From Proteobacteria bacterium UBA3413 (GTDB lineage: Bacteria; Pseudomonadota; Gammaproteobacteria; Magnimaribacterales; D2472), in NCBI GenBank assembly GCA_002358345.1, contig DEOR01000024.1, forward strand, positions 1 through 60,261: a DNA stretch of 60,261 nt. The letters are read 5' to 3'. The notes under the pieces are model-generated. The model searched no databases, was not told where the DNA came from, and saw only the letters and a list, made by a program, of their open reading frames with translations. This document shows positions 9,339-19,242 of the stretch, piece by piece. Numbering within the stretch: the first letter of the stretch is position 1; each line of letters begins with the position of its first letter. A program made the position numbers and the translations under genes.

Positions 9339-10873
9339 ATCTCATTAAGCCTAAAACAGCATTAATTAGCCTATCAGACAAAACTAATCTCGATGAACTG
9401 GTGCAATTTTTATTAGAGCAGAATGTTAAAATGATCTCTACAGGCGGAACCTTCCAAGCCATCAGAAATATTACTGACAAGGTTATTGAGGTGTCTGATT
9501 TTACTGGTTTCGAAGAAATGATGGATGGTCGAGTTAAGACCCTCCATCCAAAAATACATGCTGGCATCCTAGCAAGACGGGATAAAGATTTAGAGGTTCT
9601 TGCGGATCGTGGTTATGAGGTCATAGATTTAGTTGTTGTTAATCTTTATCCGTTTAAAGAAACTATTGCATCAGATTGTACGTTTGAAGAAGCTATCGAA
9701 AAAATTGATATTGGTGGCCCAACGATGATTCGCTCTGCTGCAAAAAACTTTCAAGATGTAGCTGTCATAACAAATCCCGAAGATTATTCCGTCTTGATGT
9801 CTGAGTGGTCCGAGCAAGGTGGAATTTCTTATGAGTTCCGTAAGCAGTTATCAAAAAAAGTTTTTGCATTGATGGCAGATTACAACTCAGCCATTGCAGG
9901 CTATCTGTCTGAAGGTGCTGCTGAATTACCAGACTATCGTTTTGAACAATCAAGCACTCTGAGATATGGAGAAAACCCACATCAGTCCGCTAAAATATTA
10001 ACTTTTTCTGGATTGCAGCATCGCAATATTGCTAACGCTGACATTATTCAAGGCAAAGAACTGTCATACAATAATATTGTTGATGCAGATGCAGCCTGGG
10101 AATGTGTTAGAGAGTTTACAGAGCCGGCATGTGTCATCGTTAAACATGCTAATCCCTGTGGAGTTGCTGAAGCACAGTCTTGTTATGATGCGTATGACTT
10201 GGCATTTAAAACCGACCCAACGTCTGCCTTTGGCGGCATTATTGCTTTTAATAAACCTGTGGACGACCAGACGGCGGAAGAAATTAATGCTCGGCAATTT
10301 GTTGAGGTCGTCTTAGCGCCAAGCTTTTCTGATGGAGCGCTTGCTGCTTTTGCACAAAAGAAAAATATGCGGGTTTTGTGTGCGGATCTAGAGCAAGACA
10401 ATCCCTACCCTGGAACAATCAAGAAAGTCTCTGGTGGCATCTTAATTCAAAGTGATGATCATTATTCTGTGCCGCAAGCAGACCTAAGATGTGTGACTAA
10501 AAGACAGCCTTCTCCAGAGGAAATGAAAGATTTAATGTTTGCTTGGACAGTAGCAAAATTTGTGAAATCTAATGCAATTGTCTATGCAAAGAATAAGCAG
10601 ACTATCGGCATAGGTGCTGGGCAAATGAGCAGAGTGATCAGTGCAGATATCGCAAACCTCAAAGCAAAAAATGAGGGATTAATTATTGAAGGCGCTGTGA
10701 TGTCTTCCGATGCCTTCTTCCCATTTAGAGATGGGATCGATAAAGCGGCTGCAAGCGGTATTGCTGCAATTATTCAACCAGGTGGGTCAATTAGAGATGA
10801 GGAAGTGATTGCAGCTGCTGATGAAAATAATATTGCCATGGTCTTTACTGCAACGCGCCACTTCCGACATTAA
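9335..10873 (+). CDS. purH: Bifunctional AICAR transformylase / IMP cyclohydrolase
   Basis: 512 aa. Motifs VKTLHPKIHAGIL and QPGGSIRD; C-terminal RHFRH. Confidence 0.97.
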   Translation: MNLIKPKTALISLSDKTNLDELVQFLLEQNVKMISTGGTFQAIRNITDKVIEVSDFTGFEEMMDGRVKTLHPKIHAGILARRDKDLEVLADRGYEVIDLVVVNLYPFKETIASDCTFEEAIEKIDIGGPTMIRSAAKNFQDVAVITNPEDYSVLMSEWSEQGGISYEFRKQLSKKVFALMADYNSAIAGYLSEGAAELPDYRFEQSSTLRYGENPHQSAKILTFSGLQHRNIANADIIQGKELSYNNIVDADAAWECVREFTEPACVIVKHANPCGVAEAQSCYDAYDLAFKTDPTSAFGGIIAFNKPVDDQTAEEINARQFVEVVLAPSFSDGALAAFAQKKNMRVLCADLEQDNPYPGTIKKVSGGILIQSDDHYSVPQADLRCVTKRQPSPEEMKDLMFAWTVAKFVKSNAIVYAKNKQTIGIGAGQMSRVISADIANLKAKNEGLIIEGAVMSSDAFFPFRDGIDKAAASGIAAIIQPGGSIRDEEVIAAADENNIAMVFTATRHFRH

Positions 10874-10881
10874 ATAAAATC

Positions 10882-12150
10882 ATGCAAGTTCTAGTGATTG
10901 GATCGGGTGGCAGAGAGCATGCATTGGCTTGGAAAGCGGCTCAAGATCAAGAGGTTATAACTGTGTTTGTTTGCCCTGGTAATGCAGGCACTGCCTTAGA
11001 AGAAAAGATAAAAAATATCGAGATCGAATTGAGTGATTTCTTGGCAATAGAAACTTTTTGTATTCTTGAGAACATTGGTCTGGTAATCATTGGTCCAGAA
11101 CAGCCGTTGGTAGATGGTCTGTCTGACTTCCTTCAAAGCAAGGGGATTAAAACTTTTGGTCCGTCTCAAGCTGCAGCCCAACTTGAAGGTTCAAAAACTT
11201 TCTCTAAAGATTTTTTTATTAAGTACGGAATACCCACTGCTGGTTATGCTTCTTTTGATAGCTATGAGTTAGCAATAGCACACATAGAGAATGTTGATTA
11301 CCCGACCGTCATTAAGGCTGATGGCTTGGCTGCGGGTAAAGGGGTCATTATTTGTGCCAATAAAAATGAAGCTGATGATGCTCTAAAAAATATTTTTCAA
11401 GATCAAGCGTTTGGCGAAGCCGGTAATCGAGTGGTAATTGAAGATTTCCTGCAAGGAGAAGAGGCAAGTTTCATTGCGGTTGTGAGCAAAGATAAGATGA
11501 TCCCCCTTGCCACCAGTCAAGATCATAAAGCGGTTGGGGAAGGTGATATTGGTCTAAATACTGGGGGCATGGGAGCTTATTCCCCGGCACCAATTATTGA
11601 CTCGCGCATGCATCAAAAAATTATTGATGAAGTCATGATGCCAACTATGAAAGGTCTCATTGATGAAGGTACACCCTACCTGGGTTTTCTTTATGCAGGG
11701 CTTATGATTCATCAGGGAGAGCTTAAAGTTCTAGAATTTAATTGCCGATTCGGTGATCCAGAGACTCAGCCAATTCTTCTAAGGTTAAAATCAAGCTTGG
11801 TGCAACTATGCTTGCACGCCATTGAAGATCGATTAGAAGCTTATGAATCTCAGTGGGACGAAAGACATTCTTGTGGCGTGGTCATTGCTTCCAAAGGCTA
11901 CCCAGAAAAATATCTATCCAACCAAGAAGTACAAATCACAGAATTACATTCAGAAGACATGAAGTTATTTCATGCTGGCACCACGCTCAAAGATCATCAA
12001 GTCATGACCTCTGGCGGGCGAGTCTTTTGTGCAACTGCGCTTGGTATAAATTTAAAAGAAGCCCAGTCTAAGGCTTATGATTTAGTAAACTCCGTATCAT
12101 TTAATGGTGCTTTTTATAGAAAGGATATTGGATACAAGGGAATTAAATGA
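10882..12150 (+). CDS. purD: Phosphoribosylamine-glycine ligase
   Basis: 422 aa. Motifs GSGGREHALAWK and PGNAGTA, ATP-grasp core, NCRFGDPETQ. Confidence 0.97.
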   Translation: MQVLVIGSGGREHALAWKAAQDQEVITVFVCPGNAGTALEEKIKNIEIELSDFLAIETFCILENIGLVIIGPEQPLVDGLSDFLQSKGIKTFGPSQAAAQLEGSKTFSKDFFIKYGIPTAGYASFDSYELAIAHIENVDYPTVIKADGLAAGKGVIICANKNEADDALKNIFQDQAFGEAGNRVVIEDFLQGEEASFIAVVSKDKMIPLATSQDHKAVGEGDIGLNTGGMGAYSPAPIIDSRMHQKIIDEVMMPTMKGLIDEGTPYLGFLYAGLMIHQGELKVLEFNCRFGDPETQPILLRLKSSLVQLCLHAIEDRLEAYESQWDERHSCGVVIASKGYPEKYLSNQEVQITELHSEDMKLFHAGTTLKDHQVMTSGGRVFCATALGINLKEAQSKAYDLVNSVSFNGAFYRKDIGYKGIK

Positions 12151-12773
12151 GGCTAATCGATAACTTTATTCATGAGTGTGATATTGCGCTAAAAACTCTG
12201 TCGTATAAAAAAAGCGGGACAGGCAGGACTTACCCTAGCAGCAAGGGTGCACACGCCCTTACAAAAACAGAAAAAAAATTCTCTGCTCAACTTATGAGGG
12301 TTAATCTTGCAGGAGAAGTTGCGGCACAAGCTCTATATAGAGGGCAAGCAATGGTCTGCAAGGATGCGGAAATCAAAAAACATTTAATTCAAGCCGGAGA
12401 AGAAGAAACCGATCATTTAATTTGGTGTAAGAAACGCTTAGAAGACCTCGACGGCAGGCCATCTATCTTTAATCCTCTTTGGTACGCAGGCTCTTTTACG
12501 ATTGGCGCCCTTTTTGGAAGCTTGGGTGAAAAAACAAGTTTAGGTTTTGTGGAAGAAACTGAAAAACAAGTAGTCAAACACCTAGAAAAACATTTAGCTC
12601 AAGTCTCTAAAAATGATCAAGAGACCATAGATATCTTAACAACCATGAGAGCCGACGAGGATGAGCATGCAAAAGAAGCCTCAGCTAGCGGGGGAGAGTC
12701 GTTGCCGAAGCCCGCAAAAAAAATAATGAGTCTTACTGCAAAGGTTATGACCTCAGCCAGCTCTTATATTTAA
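12147..12773 (+). CDS. coq7: Demethoxyubiquinol hydroxylase (di-iron Coq7 type)
   Basis: 208 aa. Two ExxH di-iron motifs (EEETDHL, EDEHAKEA). 4-nt overlap with purD. Confidence 0.88.
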   Translation: MRLIDNFIHECDIALKTLSYKKSGTGRTYPSSKGAHALTKTEKKFSAQLMRVNLAGEVAAQALYRGQAMVCKDAEIKKHLIQAGEEETDHLIWCKKRLEDLDGRPSIFNPLWYAGSFTIGALFGSLGEKTSLGFVEETEKQVVKHLEKHLAQVSKNDQETIDILTTMRADEDEHAKEASASGGESLPKPAKKIMSLTAKVMTSASSYI

Positions 12774-13516
12774 AAATTATTCCTCATGAGGCTTTCGCCT
12801 ATCAAAAAAACATTAATATTATTTTTTTTTAAATAATTTAGATCATTCTGATTTTTGATGCCTGACTCGGCCACAAAAATATTTTTCTGACTAAAAAGGG
12901 TCTTGAGTCTGACTGAATTCTGAAGATCTACCTCAAAGGTTTGTAAATTTCTATTATTGACTCCAATCATTGCATTCTGAAAATGCTCTACTCTTGCCAG
13001 TTCATGCTCATCATGAACCTCAATTAAATAGTCGAGCTGTAATTCCTCTGCGAGATTTACAAATGAACTCATCTCAGCATCAGATAAAATGCTGGCGATT
13101 AATAAAATACAATCTGCACCAATTAACTTTGCTTCATAGATTTGATACTCGTCAACCATGAAGTCCTTTCTAAGGATAGGAAGAGTGCTCATGGCCTTAA
13201 CGTCTTTAAGATACTGGATGCTGCCCAAGAAAAAATCTTCTTCAGTGAGAATGGATAAAGCGGCTGCCCCAAACTCTTCATACTCCTTAGCTTTCTGCAC
13301 AGGGTCAAAATCTTCAGCAATAATTCCCGCACTAGGTGAGGCTTTTTTTATTTCCGCAATAATTGCTTGATCCTTATTCATGAGACTGGTCTTAAAATTG
13401 CCTTTTGGAAGATTCAACTCAGACAGTTGGGATTTAATATCTTCAAGAGGCAAGAGAAGCTTCTGCTTCTCAAGTTTAGCTTTGGTGTTGATGACGATGT
13501 CATGAAGAATGCTCAT
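12770..13516 (-). CDS. trpC: Indole-3-glycerol phosphate synthase
   Basis: 248 aa. AEIKKASPSAG and ILRKDF motifs. Last gene of an overlapping trpEGDC string. Confidence 0.93.
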   Translation of the reverse strand: MSILHDIVINTKAKLEKQKLLLPLEDIKSQLSELNLPKGNFKTSLMNKDQAIIAEIKKASPSAGIIAEDFDPVQKAKEYEEFGAAALSILTEEDFFLGSIQYLKDVKAMSTLPILRKDFMVDEYQIYEAKLIGADCILLIASILSDAEMSSFVNLAEELQLDYLIEVHDEHELARVEHFQNAMIGVNNRNLQTFEVDLQNSVRLKTLFSQKNIFVAESGIKNQNDLNYLKKNNINVFLIGESLMRNNF

Positions 13517-14526
13517 GAGTTATTTGAAACCCTCACATAAGAAGCCAGTTTGTCTGCTGCCGCTCCGTTATTCATTAAGCTCAAAGCAAGGTCCACCCCT
13601 TCGGCAATTGAAATGGTTTTACCTGCAACATACAAAGCCGCACCAGCATTTAAAGCAATCATGTCCTGCACAGCAGATTGCTCTCCTGCAAATGCTTCTC
13701 GTACTAATTGAAGACTGTCATTTGCAGATTGTGCAGAAATTTCAGTGAGTTGTGCCAGAGATAAACCAAAGTCTTTAGGAGAAATTTCATAACTGATAAT
13801 CTTTTTATTTTTGAGCTCCGTAATATACGTCGAGTCAGTGATGGTAATTTCATCCAAGCCATCAAACCCATGAACAATTAATGCATGTTCCATGGACAGG
13901 TTTTTAGCAACAGAAGCAAAAGTTGTGACCAGCTCTTTGCTGTAGACACCAAGTACTTGCCTTTTAGCACCACAAGGATTTGTATGCGGGCCTAATAGAT
14001 TAAATATTGTTTTCTTCCCGATCCTTTGTCTTGCTGGCATGACATATTTCATGGACTCATGATGCAAAGGTGCAAATAAAAAAATGAAGCCAACCCTTTT
14101 AAAAATCTCTGTAAGCTTTTCGCGATCATGGCCAATGTTAGCTCCAGCTTCTTGTAAAAAATCTGCGCTGCCAGACTTACTTGAGATTGCTTTATTGCCA
14201 TGCTTGGTTACTGCTGCGCCGCCTGCAGCTGCGACAAAAGCAGAGGCCGTAGAACAATTAAAGGTGTGCATCCCAGTGCCCCCAGTTCCACAGGTATCAA
14301 TGTGATCACCGTCTCCAATCTGGTAAGTTAAAGATTTGTCTTTCATCACCCTAGCTGCTGCAGTGATTTCCATTTCAGTGATCCCTTTATCATTTAATGC
14401 CAAAAGAAATTCTTCGATGGCATCATCTGCAACCTCTCCGGTCATGATGGCTTCAACGCCAGCTTGCATTTCCAGAAACCCTAGGTCTTGTTTATCTCGG
14501 ACTTGTTGAATCAGGCTGTCAATCAT
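13513..14526 (-). CDS. trpD: Anthranilate phosphoribosyltransferase
   Basis: 337 aa. DTCGTGGTG and KHGNKA motifs. Confidence 0.95.
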   Translation of the reverse strand: MIDSLIQQVRDKQDLGFLEMQAGVEAIMTGEVADDAIEEFLLALNDKGITEMEITAAARVMKDKSLTYQIGDGDHIDTCGTGGTGMHTFNCSTASAFVAAAGGAAVTKHGNKAISSKSGSADFLQEAGANIGHDREKLTEIFKRVGFIFLFAPLHHESMKYVMPARQRIGKKTIFNLLGPHTNPCGAKRQVLGVYSKELVTTFASVAKNLSMEHALIVHGFDGLDEITITDSTYITELKNKKIISYEISPKDFGLSLAQLTEISAQSANDSLQLVREAFAGEQSAVQDMIALNAGAALYVAGKTISIAEGVDLALSLMNNGAAADKLASYVRVSNNS

Positions 14527-15086
14527 GATGTTAAAAAATTTGCTATTAGTTTTATGCCATAGTCAGTCTCAATAGATTCTGGATGAAATTGAACGCCGTA
14601 AATAGGCTTTGTTTTATGTTCAACACCCATAATAATCTCAGGCTTGCCCTGAACGGTGCAAGTAACTCGCAGCTCATCAGGCAAAGTTTTATGGTCGATA
14701 ATTAAACTGTGATATCTGACAACATCAAAGCTCTCATCAATATTTCGAAAAATACCTTCTCCAGAATGTTGAACTGATGATAGTTTGCCATGGAAGATTT
14801 CAGGGGCTTTGATAATGTTTCCTCCAAAAGCCGCTCCAATTGATTGATGCCCCAGACAGACACCCAGCAAAGGGACGGTTGCTGCATGAACTAATTCTAC
14901 TGAAATTCCAGCCTCATTCGGGGTGCATGGCCCTGGGGAAATCACAATTTTATCTGGGCTAAGAGCCTGAATATCTCCAATGGTAATTTCATCATTTCTA
15001 AACACCCTCACTTCATGACCGCACTCGCCAATATAGTGAACCAAGTTGTAGGTAAAAGAGTCATAGTTATCAATGACAAGGATCAT
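14523..15086 (-). CDS. trpG: Anthranilate synthase component II (glutamine amidotransferase; may also serve PabA function)
   Basis: 187 aa class I GATase. Catalytic GVCLGHQ and C-terminal FHPES. Confidence 0.93.
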   Translation of the reverse strand: MILVIDNYDSFTYNLVHYIGECGHEVRVFRNDEITIGDIQALSPDKIVISPGPCTPNEAGISVELVHAATVPLLGVCLGHQSIGAAFGGNIIKAPEIFHGKLSSVQHSGEGIFRNIDESFDVVRYHSLIIDHKTLPDELRVTCTVQGKPEIIMGVEHKTKPIYGVQFHPESIETDYGIKLIANFLTS

Positions 15087-16549
15087 GAGATCATCTCCAT
15101 CGCATCTACAAATACTTTAGATTTTTGTTGGCATTCTAACCATTCATTCTCCGGCACTGAGTCAGCTACAATGCCAGCTCCTGCGCCCACATGAATAATT
15201 TTATCTTTAATTACAGCTGTTCTAATTGCAATGGCAGTATCAATGTTTCCATTCCATCCAATGTAGCCGATAGCACCTCCATAGATGCCTCTAGAGCTAG
15301 GCTCAAGCTCATGAATGATTTCCATTGCTCGAATTTTTGGCGCCCCTGATAGAGTGCCAGCAGGTAGGGACGCTTTTAGAACGTCCAGATAGTGCAGGTC
15401 ATCTTGCAGCTCTCCAACAACATTAGAAACGATATGCATCACATGAGAATACTTCTCTACCACCATCTTGTCGGTGACTTTAACTGTTCCAATTTTTGAA
15501 ACCTTGCCGACATCATTTCTACCTAAATCTATCAGCATGAGATGCTCTGCTATTTCTTTTGCATCAGCCAATAACTCTTCTTTGTGTTTCAGATCTTCAG
15601 CATCATCTTGGCCTCTTTTTCTGGTGCCAGCCATAGGTCTCAGGGTCACCTGGCTATCCTCAAGCCTCACTAGAATTTCTGGAGATGCACCTACAATCTG
15701 GCATTCATCTAAATCTAAAAAATACATATAGGGAGAGGGATTTAACTGTCGAATAGCTCTGTATAAATCAAAAGGATCGCCAGCAAAATTTGCAGAAAAA
15801 TCTTGAGCTAGAACAACCTGCATCACATCACCCTCTGCAATGTAATTTTTGATGGTCTGAACTGCCTCAAGGTAGCCGTCTTTAGAGAAGTTAGAGGTAA
15901 ATTTAAATTGATTTGTGGGCTTTTTAAAATTGTTAGATGGTATTTCAATCCCTGGAGTAATCAGTGACTCGATTCCATTAAGTATTTCTTGCGCTTCTTC
16001 AAATGATGTGTTCTTTGGGTTAGCGTTGAAAATTAGTTGTGTTGATTGATCTAAGTTATCAAATACGATTAATTTCTCCGCTTTGATGAGTAAGATGTCG
16101 GGCATATGATCTTGAAACTTTGAGCCTTTTGTCTGCAAACTAGCAATTTTTTTCTCAGCATATTGGGCGCTTTCATAAGCAAAAAATCCAACATACCCAC
16201 CATAAAATCGAGGCAAATTATCGATTAGAGGAGCTTTGTGTGACATGGTCATCATCTGAACCTCATGCAAAGGATCGTCTGAATGAAAGCGGTCTATTCG
16301 CCCATCAATAAAAGTCTCAATTTCATTGCCATAAACCTTGATGTAATCAGAGCAATCTATACCTATGATTGAGTACTGAGCCCATTTCTTACCTCCTTCA
16401 ACCGACTCAAGTAAAAAAGTATTATGTTGCTTGGCGCTTTTTAGGTATAGCGAAATTGGGGATTCATTGGGCGCATGAATTTGTCTTGCCATGGGAATGA
16501 CCGAGAAACCCTGTTTCAAAAAATTACTGTACTCTTCTTTTGAGATCAT
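15083..16549 (-). CDS. trpE: Anthranilate synthase component I
   Basis: 488 aa. Chorismate-binding motifs LSGAPKIRAMEII and GAGAGIVADS. Confidence 0.95.
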   Translation of the reverse strand: MISKEEYSNFLKQGFSVIPMARQIHAPNESPISLYLKSAKQHNTFLLESVEGGKKWAQYSIIGIDCSDYIKVYGNEIETFIDGRIDRFHSDDPLHEVQMMTMSHKAPLIDNLPRFYGGYVGFFAYESAQYAEKKIASLQTKGSKFQDHMPDILLIKAEKLIVFDNLDQSTQLIFNANPKNTSFEEAQEILNGIESLITPGIEIPSNNFKKPTNQFKFTSNFSKDGYLEAVQTIKNYIAEGDVMQVVLAQDFSANFAGDPFDLYRAIRQLNPSPYMYFLDLDECQIVGASPEILVRLEDSQVTLRPMAGTRKRGQDDAEDLKHKEELLADAKEIAEHLMLIDLGRNDVGKVSKIGTVKVTDKMVVEKYSHVMHIVSNVVGELQDDLHYLDVLKASLPAGTLSGAPKIRAMEIIHELEPSSRGIYGGAIGYIGWNGNIDTAIAIRTAVIKDKIIHVGAGAGIVADSVPENEWLECQQKSKVFVDAMEMIS

Positions 16550-16559
16550 GTTGCTCTTG

Positions 16560-16988
16560 CTACTTAAAAATTATTGTATTGCCAACGCCAATGCCATTCT
16601 CTGCAAACCACCCTTCCTTCACTTCTAACGCCATCCTCGCAGGACTAATTGAGCACACCGACTCTTCTGAATATGGCTCCATTGCATAAATCTCTTGAAT
16701 AGTGCCCTCTTCTGAAAGATAGGCCACACTTAATGACAATGAAGTATCTTTCATCCACATGCATCTTTGTCCACTGGTCTGCCACAAAAAAAGCATGCCC
16801 GTATTTTGCTTTAAATCATCAGTGTGCATTAAGCCTTTTCTTCGTAGCTGATCATTGTTTGCAATACTTACAGTCAGAAATTTTTCTGTGCCCGCAAAGG
16901 AAATTTCAAGCGCCTCCAGCGAGAGGCCAAGAAAGATGATGAGAAGGCTAAGAAATCTTCTGACGAAGTTCTTTGATGGTCTGTACAT
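16560..16988 (-). CDS. DUF192 family exported protein
   Basis: RRKGLMH...GMLFLW...MWMKDTSLSLSVAYL...ALEVKEGW matches the DUF192 (COG1430) pattern. Start set at the ATG giving MYRPSKNFVRRFLSLLIIFLGLSL (signal/TM). This still overlaps the rpe 3' end by 41 nt. Confidence 0.65.
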   Translation of the reverse strand: MYRPSKNFVRRFLSLLIIFLGLSLEALEISFAGTEKFLTVSIANNDQLRRKGLMHTDDLKQNTGMLFLWQTSGQRCMWMKDTSLSLSVAYLSEEGTIQEIYAMEPYSEESVCSISPARMALEVKEGWFAENGIGVGNTIIFK

Positions 16989-17616
16989 AGTCAGATGATC
17001 CAAAAATTGCTGAGCCCGCCACAAAGACATTTGCGCCTGCTCTTGCTGCGCCTTCAATTGTGTCAAGGTTGATGCCGCCATCCACTTCTAAGAAAATTTG
17101 ATGGTCTGTTAAAGCAATCATCTCTGAAACTTTCTGAATTTTCTGTAATGTACCTGGAATAAATTTTTGGCCGCCAAACCCAGGATTCACACTCATCAAG
17201 AGCACTAAATCAATATCCTGAATTACATTATCAAGCACAGAAGTTGAGGTTGCAGGATTTAAAGCAATTCCCACTTTGCACCCTAGATCTTTAATTAGAT
17301 CGATGGTTCTGGCTACATGTTTAGTAGCCTCTGGATGGAAACTAATAAGATCTGCGCCTGCTTCTGCAAAACTTTTTGCAATCTCATCAACAGGTTCCAC
17401 CATTAAATGGACATCGATAAAATCTTGAATCCCTTCATCTCTAAGAGATTTACAAACCATTGGTCCAATGGTTAGGTTAGGAACATAATGATTATCCATC
17501 ACATCGAAATGAATCCAGTCTGCGCCGGCTTGAATCACTGAGCTAACTTCTTCACCAAGCCGAGCAAAATTTGAAGCTAAAATTGAGGGCGCTATTAAAG
17601 TTTTAGGATTTTTCAT
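16948..17616 (-). CDS. rpe: Ribulose-phosphate 3-epimerase
   Basis: 222 aa. Motifs HFDVMDNHYVPN and MSVNPGFGGQKF. Confidence 0.95.
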   Translation of the reverse strand: MKNPKTLIAPSILASNFARLGEEVSSVIQAGADWIHFDVMDNHYVPNLTIGPMVCKSLRDEGIQDFIDVHLMVEPVDEIAKSFAEAGADLISFHPEATKHVARTIDLIKDLGCKVGIALNPATSTSVLDNVIQDIDLVLLMSVNPGFGGQKFIPGTLQKIQKVSEMIALTDHQIFLEVDGGINLDTIEGAARAGANVFVAGSAIFGSSDYVQTIKELRQKIS

Positions 17617-17619
17617 AGT

Positions 17620-18291
17620 TTAATTTTCTTCTTTTAAGGAGCGCCTTGCAAGCTCCAATCTTTCAATGGTCCCCACGTCAATCCAGAGAGCTGAATCAGT
17701 GTAGCCCGTCACTTTAGACTCCAAAATTAAGGGTTTGAGGATAGTATTCCAAATATCAAATGGCTTCTGGTGATCGATGTAGCCCTGCATAATCTTCGGG
17801 TGAAGGACTGACAAACCAGACCATGTAAGATCATTGCGCCCTGTTTGAATGATTACTGTCTCGTTTTCAATTGAAAAATCTCCCTCAGGATTGTGAGGGG
17901 GATTGGGCACTCCAATTAAATGAGCATGAGAGGTTTCCATTAAAAGATGGGCATAGTCAATCTCTGAAAAAATATCTGCATTACATAAAATAAAGGGTGC
18001 ATCTCCAAGGGTCTCCATCGCATTGATCAGGCCGCCTCCCGTCCCATAAGGAAACGGCTCCTCTATCACATGAATATTAAAAGACTGGCTATGTTGGGCT
18101 AGCTCATCTTTAAGTTGCTGACCTAGATAAGACACATTAACAACAAAATCATCAATGCCAATGGCAGCCAACTTATTCAGCTGATCGACAATTAAGCTAT
18201 TTTTTCCAACTTTCAGCAGCGGCTTAGGCGTCTGCTGAGTCAGAGGGCTCAATCTTTTGCCAAGGCCTGCTGCAAGAATCATTGCTTTCAT
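17620..18291 (-). CDS. murU: N-acetylmuramate alpha-1-phosphate uridylyltransferase
   Basis: Start at MKAMILAAGLGKRLSPLTQQTPKPLL, close to the recalled Pseudomonas MurU N-terminus. ATGA overlap with the upstream kinase. The track ORF extension to 18351 is rejected. Confidence 0.8.
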   Translation of the reverse strand: MKAMILAAGLGKRLSPLTQQTPKPLLKVGKNSLIVDQLNKLAAIGIDDFVVNVSYLGQQLKDELAQHSQSFNIHVIEEPFPYGTGGGLINAMETLGDAPFILCNADIFSEIDYAHLLMETSHAHLIGVPNPPHNPEGDFSIENETVIIQTGRNDLTWSGLSVLHPKIMQGYIDHQKPFDIWNTILKPLILESKVTGYTDSALWIDVGTIERLELARRSLKEEN

Positions 18292-19241
18292 AGGACTGAT
18301 AATCTTTGGATCAAACGTGGTTGAATTTCTGCAATCATATAATCTCGGCAATCCACATCAGATGGAACCATGGCGATCAAATTGGATAAAATCATAGGCA
18401 TATCCTTCAGCCTAAAATCCCGATCTTGTTCAAGGAATAATCTAGCTAAAACTCCTAAAATTCTCATATTCCTTTGAATAGCTCCCCATCGCACGATCTC
18501 ATACCCATAAGCAATATCTTGATTGGAAGTAACTAAAGAGCTGAAATGCTCCATTGCCGAACTGATAAAAGATTTATCTGCCGGCAGATAATGATCAACA
18601 AGGATGCCGGCTAAATCAATGCCAATGGGGCCCTTGCATAGGTCTTGAAAATCAATGACATGTATCTGGCCAGAGCTAGATAGCATTAAATTTCTTCTTT
18701 CAAAATCATAATGGCAGTTAACCCATGGTTGTTGGGTTAGCTGTTCAGACGTGTGCATAATCAAACTTGGTAATGATAGGTTATCAGGCAAGCCTAAAAA
18801 TTGATTACAAAAGATTGTACAAAATAGCTCCATCTCTCCCCTTAAACCCTCAAGGGTTAATTTTGGAATATCTATCGGTTCAATAGAGTGAATGGCGGCC
18901 AGCACATCAAGGCTTTGAAAGGTTAGTAATTTTGAATTATCGCGTGTTAGCGCAACAAGCAAATCTAAATCCCCTAGATCCTCTTGAATTAAGACGCCTA
19001 AATCAGAGGCATGATGAAGAATTTTAGGTGAATTAATTTGATGTGCTTGAAAAATATTTGCAATGGTTTCAAATTTTTGATGACCCCCATATGCGGGGTC
19101 TAAATAACATAAAATACAACTAAAACCAGTTGCAGAGAGCCTCCAATACTCTCGTCCACTCGCTTCATTTTTTAAGGGTAAAGCTCTATTGGATGGGTAT
19201 CCACATCGTGAACCTAAATCCAAGACCTCTGATTCTTTCAA
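18288..19241 (-). CDS. amgK: Anomeric MurNAc/GlcNAc kinase (aminoglycoside phosphotransferase fold)
   Basis: 317 aa. EASGREYWRL matches the DASxRxYxR-type motif. Catalytic HYDFERRN and VIDFQD. Paired with murU next to lptD-surA as in Pseudomonas (recalled synteny). Confidence 0.7.
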   Translation of the reverse strand: MKESEVLDLGSRCGYPSNRALPLKNEASGREYWRLSATGFSCILCYLDPAYGGHQKFETIANIFQAHQINSPKILHHASDLGVLIQEDLGDLDLLVALTRDNSKLLTFQSLDVLAAIHSIEPIDIPKLTLEGLRGEMELFCTIFCNQFLGLPDNLSLPSLIMHTSEQLTQQPWVNCHYDFERRNLMLSSSGQIHVIDFQDLCKGPIGIDLAGILVDHYLPADKSFISSAMEHFSSLVTSNQDIAYGYEIVRWGAIQRNMRILGVLARLFLEQDRDFRLKDMPMILSNLIAMVPSDVDCRDYMIAEIQPRLIQRLSVL

Positions 19242-19242
19242 A

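Noticed and set aside
16550-16559. Looked for a trp leader peptide or attenuator upstream of trpE
   Set aside because: Only 10 nt separate trpE from the preceding gene, so there is no room for a leader ORF or alternative hairpins.
18292-18351. N-terminal extensions in the supplied ORF track: murU to 18351, ubiA from 49045, apaH from 26145, rsmE to 8479, DUF2141 to 56512, DUF192 to 17081, yqeY from 31734, rubredoxin to 48569, dnaG to 5751
   Set aside because: In each case a downstream start reproduces the conserved family N-terminus (MKAMILAAG, MQKITAIFELMRLDKPIG, MSTYVVGDVHG, MRIPRIL, a signal peptide, and so on) and removes a long overlap with the neighbouring gene.
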